Shown here in pieces: positions 60,510 through 64,000 of a DNA stretch of 64,000 nucleotides (position 1 is the stretch's first letter; every line of letters begins with the position of its first letter). The stretch comes from the human T2T-CHM13v2.0 reference genome, Homo sapiens. A program made the translations under genes and the position numbers. The DNA lies in NCBI RefSeq assembly GCF_009914755.1, contig NC_060928.1; one strand, given 5' to 3'. The notes beneath the pieces are model-generated. The model was not told the DNA's origin. It saw only the letters and a list, made by a program, of their open reading frames with translations, and did no database searches.

Positions 60510-61264
60510 ACAGGGCTTTGAAAAATCAGCTCTTCAGCATTGCAATGGAAGCTGAAAGGAGGTGGTGAAATCAAATCAAAACCTTGATAGAAAGATGTTA
60601 TAGGATAATTTCTAAAATTATATTAACATAATTTTAATAATATTTTATTAAGAATTTAGACATGTCAAGTGGAATGAAACTTTTAGGACTCAGGAATAAA
60701 CCCTGCTGGGAGGCAAATCCACTTGCAAAAGTTTTGTCAGATCAGAACATCAAATCATACTAGGCGGATAAACATTGAAGTTGAATTTGTCTTTATAAAA
60801 CACATGGGAATTTAAATTAAAAACACTTTAGTAAAAAAACAAACAAAAAGACAAAAAAAGCTGATTTGTGTTGTCCACAGAAAAGTTATGAGGACCTATA
60901 TATTTGTTATCCTTTGAACTATTTAATCACTATATCTGCTCTGTTCAAGGAAATGCACTGCATTGTCTGGATGCACAAAAGATTTATAGCTCTCAAAGAA
61001 CGTCCTAGGTAGACAGGCATGAAAACCTTACTAAGAATGCACAATGCAGACATAAAGTGCTATGGGAGCTCTGGAAGCAGGGACCACTGTGGCTGAGAAT
61101 GTCAGCTAAGCCTTCATTAAGGAGACAGAATTTGAGATGGGTTCTGTGGCGAATACTGCTGGTTACCTACTCAATATCAATTTCTCCTTTTTTCTCTAAG
61201 CATAGCATAGATTTTTGTTCAGGGCTGCAGTGTGATCATTTATGTTAATAAAAAACCAAAACAA

Positions 61265-61566
61265 GGCTGGGCGTGGTGGCTCACGCCTGTAATCCCAGCA
61301 CTTTGGGAGGCCGAGGCAGGTGGAACACCTGAGGTTGGGAGTTCGAGACCAGCCTGACCAACATGGAGAAACCCTGTCTCTACTAAAAATACAAAATTAG
61401 CCAGGCGTGGTGGCACATGCTTGTAATCCCAGCTACTCGAGAGGCTGAGTCAGGAGAATTGCTTGAACCCAGGAGGCGGAGGTTGCTGGAGCTGAGATTG
61501 CGCCATTGCACTCCAGCCTGGGTAACAGGAGCAAAACTCTGTCTCAAAAAACAAACAAACAAAAAA
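61265..61566 (+). mobile_element. AluSp-like element (inside an old MLT1-like relic)
   Basis: ggctgggcgtggtggctc...ctgaccaacatggagaaacc, then an (AAAC)n tail. Confidence 0.88.
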
Positions 61567-61819
61567 CACTGAAAACAAACCAGCAAAAAAGCCATACATC
61601 CCATCACAGCCTCACTTTAAGTCTAGGACTGAGGCATAAACCCATTTCCATGAGAATCTTCCAGGAAAGCTCTTGACAAAGGACAGATGAACTGACCCAA
61701 GTCTTCGTTTGGTCCTTCGTCCTTCCCTGTCTTCCTATCTGCAATGTGGATAAGAGGCCGGAGGTGGAGTAGCCAATTGAAAATCACAAAACAACAAGCA
61801 TCATGATGGACACCATCAG

Positions 61820-62862
61820 CTTATCAGTCCATGCTGTGCTGCTATGATAAAACGCCTGAGAATGGTTCATTTATAAAGAACAGAAATGTATTTCTCACAG
61901 TTCTGGAGACTGGGAAATCCAAGGTCAAGGTGCTGGCAGGTTTGTTGTCTGGTGAGGGGCTGCGTCTCCTCCTCCAAGATGGTGCCTTTGAGGCAGGATA
62001 GGTAGTCAAGGAAATGACCATGTTCTCAGAATGTAGCAGTCGTGGTGACCATACAGCCAACACAATAAGCCTTAGCATTCGCATTATAATTGAGCTCATT
62101 CAAGCAAAACTATCTTCAATAGGGACTTTCCCCTCTAGAGAGCCTACACACTTTGATTTTACCTGTCCTCAAACTTACCCCTTGCTCATTATAATAGTAA
62201 AAACCACACCCCTGGGTGGAGATTTAAGATGCTAATGAGAATGTGATAAATGAACAAGCATGTACAGCTACTGCCCATGTGTACCCAGAGGACTACCTAG
62301 AACATGCTTGCTAGTAACACCTCTTTATACCTCCTTATGAATAACCATGTAAGGCTCCCATATAAAGGGAGTCTCCCTAGTGCCAGTCTTTGCTGTCTCA
62401 CCCTTACAAGCAGCGTGCCCTGAAATCTCCCTCTCAGGGTGTACTGTCTATTCTGTATTATTTTTCTTTTGCCATAAATTGCTCTATGCTGCACTTCCTT
62501 TGCTGTGTGTCTTTTGTTTAAATTCTTTTAAACCAAGAAGACAAGATCTGAGGTATCACAGCAGCCATCAACACTTTGAATGCTGCATCCACCAGGGGAG
62601 AGGGAAACTTCTTCATGTGACAGAACAGCAGGAAAGCAAACCCTCTCTCATAGGCCACTTTTATAGTGAAGAGCTTTATTCCAGCATGAATCCATTCATA
62701 AGGCATTATTTCATTCATGAGGGCAGACCTAACACCTCCCATTAGGCACCACCTCAAGATCTAAACACCTCTCATTAGGCACCATCTCCCAGTGCTGTTG
62801 CATGGGGGATTCAGCTCCCAACACAAGAATTTGGAGGGAACAAAAACACTCAAACCACAACA
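61820..62862 (-). mobile_element. MST/MLT1A-type LTR split by a younger ERV1 LTR
   Basis: agtccatgctgtgctgctatgataaaacgcctgaga...caagatggtgcctt | gaatgctgcatcc...cactcaaaccacaaca. Confidence 0.75.
61989..62573 (+). mobile_element. ERV1-class solo LTR (subfamily unresolved)
   Basis: TG...CA termini (tgaggcaggataggtagtcaagg...ccatcaaca), TATAAA near 62361, flanks CCTT/CTTT; interrupts the MaLR. Confidence 0.7.
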
Positions 62863-64000
62863 ATAAGGGTAGCTGAGCAGAAAGACGAATGAAGCTAGGA
62901 TCCCTAATAGTACTGAGGAGCTGATGCACCAGCCCTGGCTTTCTGCTTCTAGGTTTTTTGTTATATGAGGAGCATAAAACTTATGTAAGTTACTGTTTTC
63001 TTGCAGCAAAAGGTAATTCTAACTGCAATGGTCTTTAAGGAAGGAGATGACTTTAGTAGACGGGGTGGAGGAGCAAAGGTATTCTAAGTGAGGGGAAGGG
63101 TTTAAGCAAAGTTTTGCCAGCACAAATAATCACGGTGTGGCTAATGAAGTCAATCTGGTTGAACTGAAACATCTGTTTGGAAAATCCCCTGGGTCCCTCT
63201 GAGCCCCTGTGGCATTACTGGGTAATGATCTTCCTTTCCAAAATGTAAATAGCGAAGTGAGACAATTGGTGATTATTCTTAAGCAAATTATTGCAAAGAT
63301 TTATGAGTCCCTTTCCAGAAGACAGAAACAGGAAGAAAACACGTAGAGTTTGCATATTCCCCCCAACAAAGTCCTTCTTGTCTAAAATTTTTGCTTTCTG
63401 GTTTTAAATGTTTTTATTCAAGAAGAGGAAAACTAATCTGTCCTTCAGTTTTTCAAACTGAGCCTTGTTTGGATGGCTCAATTGAGCATTCCCCAAACAA
63501 GGTAACATGTAGGTCTCCCTGGCTCCTGTTCTCAACTTCTGTTCTTTGGGATGGATTCTCTATTTCTGTTTTTTTGTGATGGCTGCCGAATCATGCTGGC
63601 AGAGACCTGCTACAGGATGTGGACACTCCCTTCTCTGAGGTGCCAGAGGAGCCAGTTCTGGGTTGCTGGATGGCTCAACGCCCCACCAGGCAGAGGATGG
63701 GGCAACGTGCGTGATATCCGGATAACACTTTGGGGCTGCATTTGATGGGAAATAAAAAGATCATCATTTTTTCATGTGTCTGTTTCTTTGTTTTCTAACA
63801 TTTCTATTTTTTGTATGTGATAAATGTCACTGGAGACCCCAGAGGGAAGAATCCTGAGTTAATTCAGGTCCTGAAATACTATTCAAAAGAATGTGGTACA
63901 TATTTCTGCTTGGCTATCCCAACTGCCATTTTCAGCTCTATTCTGTCTTGCCACCTTTTACTTTAAGGTCTAGAAAAGTTAAAAAAAAAAAAAAATATAT

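Overview
Human (primate) genomic DNA. It contains the 3' half of CD38 (ADP-ribosyl cyclase/NAD+ glycohydrolase) on the + strand: five coding exons (my numbering 4-8) with GT-AG boundaries, encoding about K167-I300, then a ~4.6 kb 3'UTR. After that come ~39 kb of repeat-dense intergenic sequence. The last intron carries a full-length, sense-oriented L1HS Ta-1 (13138-19203). It has a 14-bp TSD, intact ORF1 and antisense ORF0, an ORF2 with a 2-codon deletion and a late nonsense mutation, and a 14-nt 3' transduction-like tag between two poly(A) tracts. The 3'UTR holds inverted Alus, a MADE1 hairpin and an Alu-tail AATAAA cluster. Downstream are an HPRT1 processed pseudogene (interrupted by an Alu and by a 50-nt TSD-flanked insert of unknown origin), a palindromic AT minisatellite, a very young AluYg6, an HML-2 LTR5 solo LTR and many other LTR/LINE/SINE/DNA-transposon relics. 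I see no evidence of a wholly new gene system. The most interesting testable items concern how the L1HS and the UTR repeats may act on CD38 RNA. Repeat subfamily names come from remembered consensus sequences and need RepeatMasker/Dfam confirmation.
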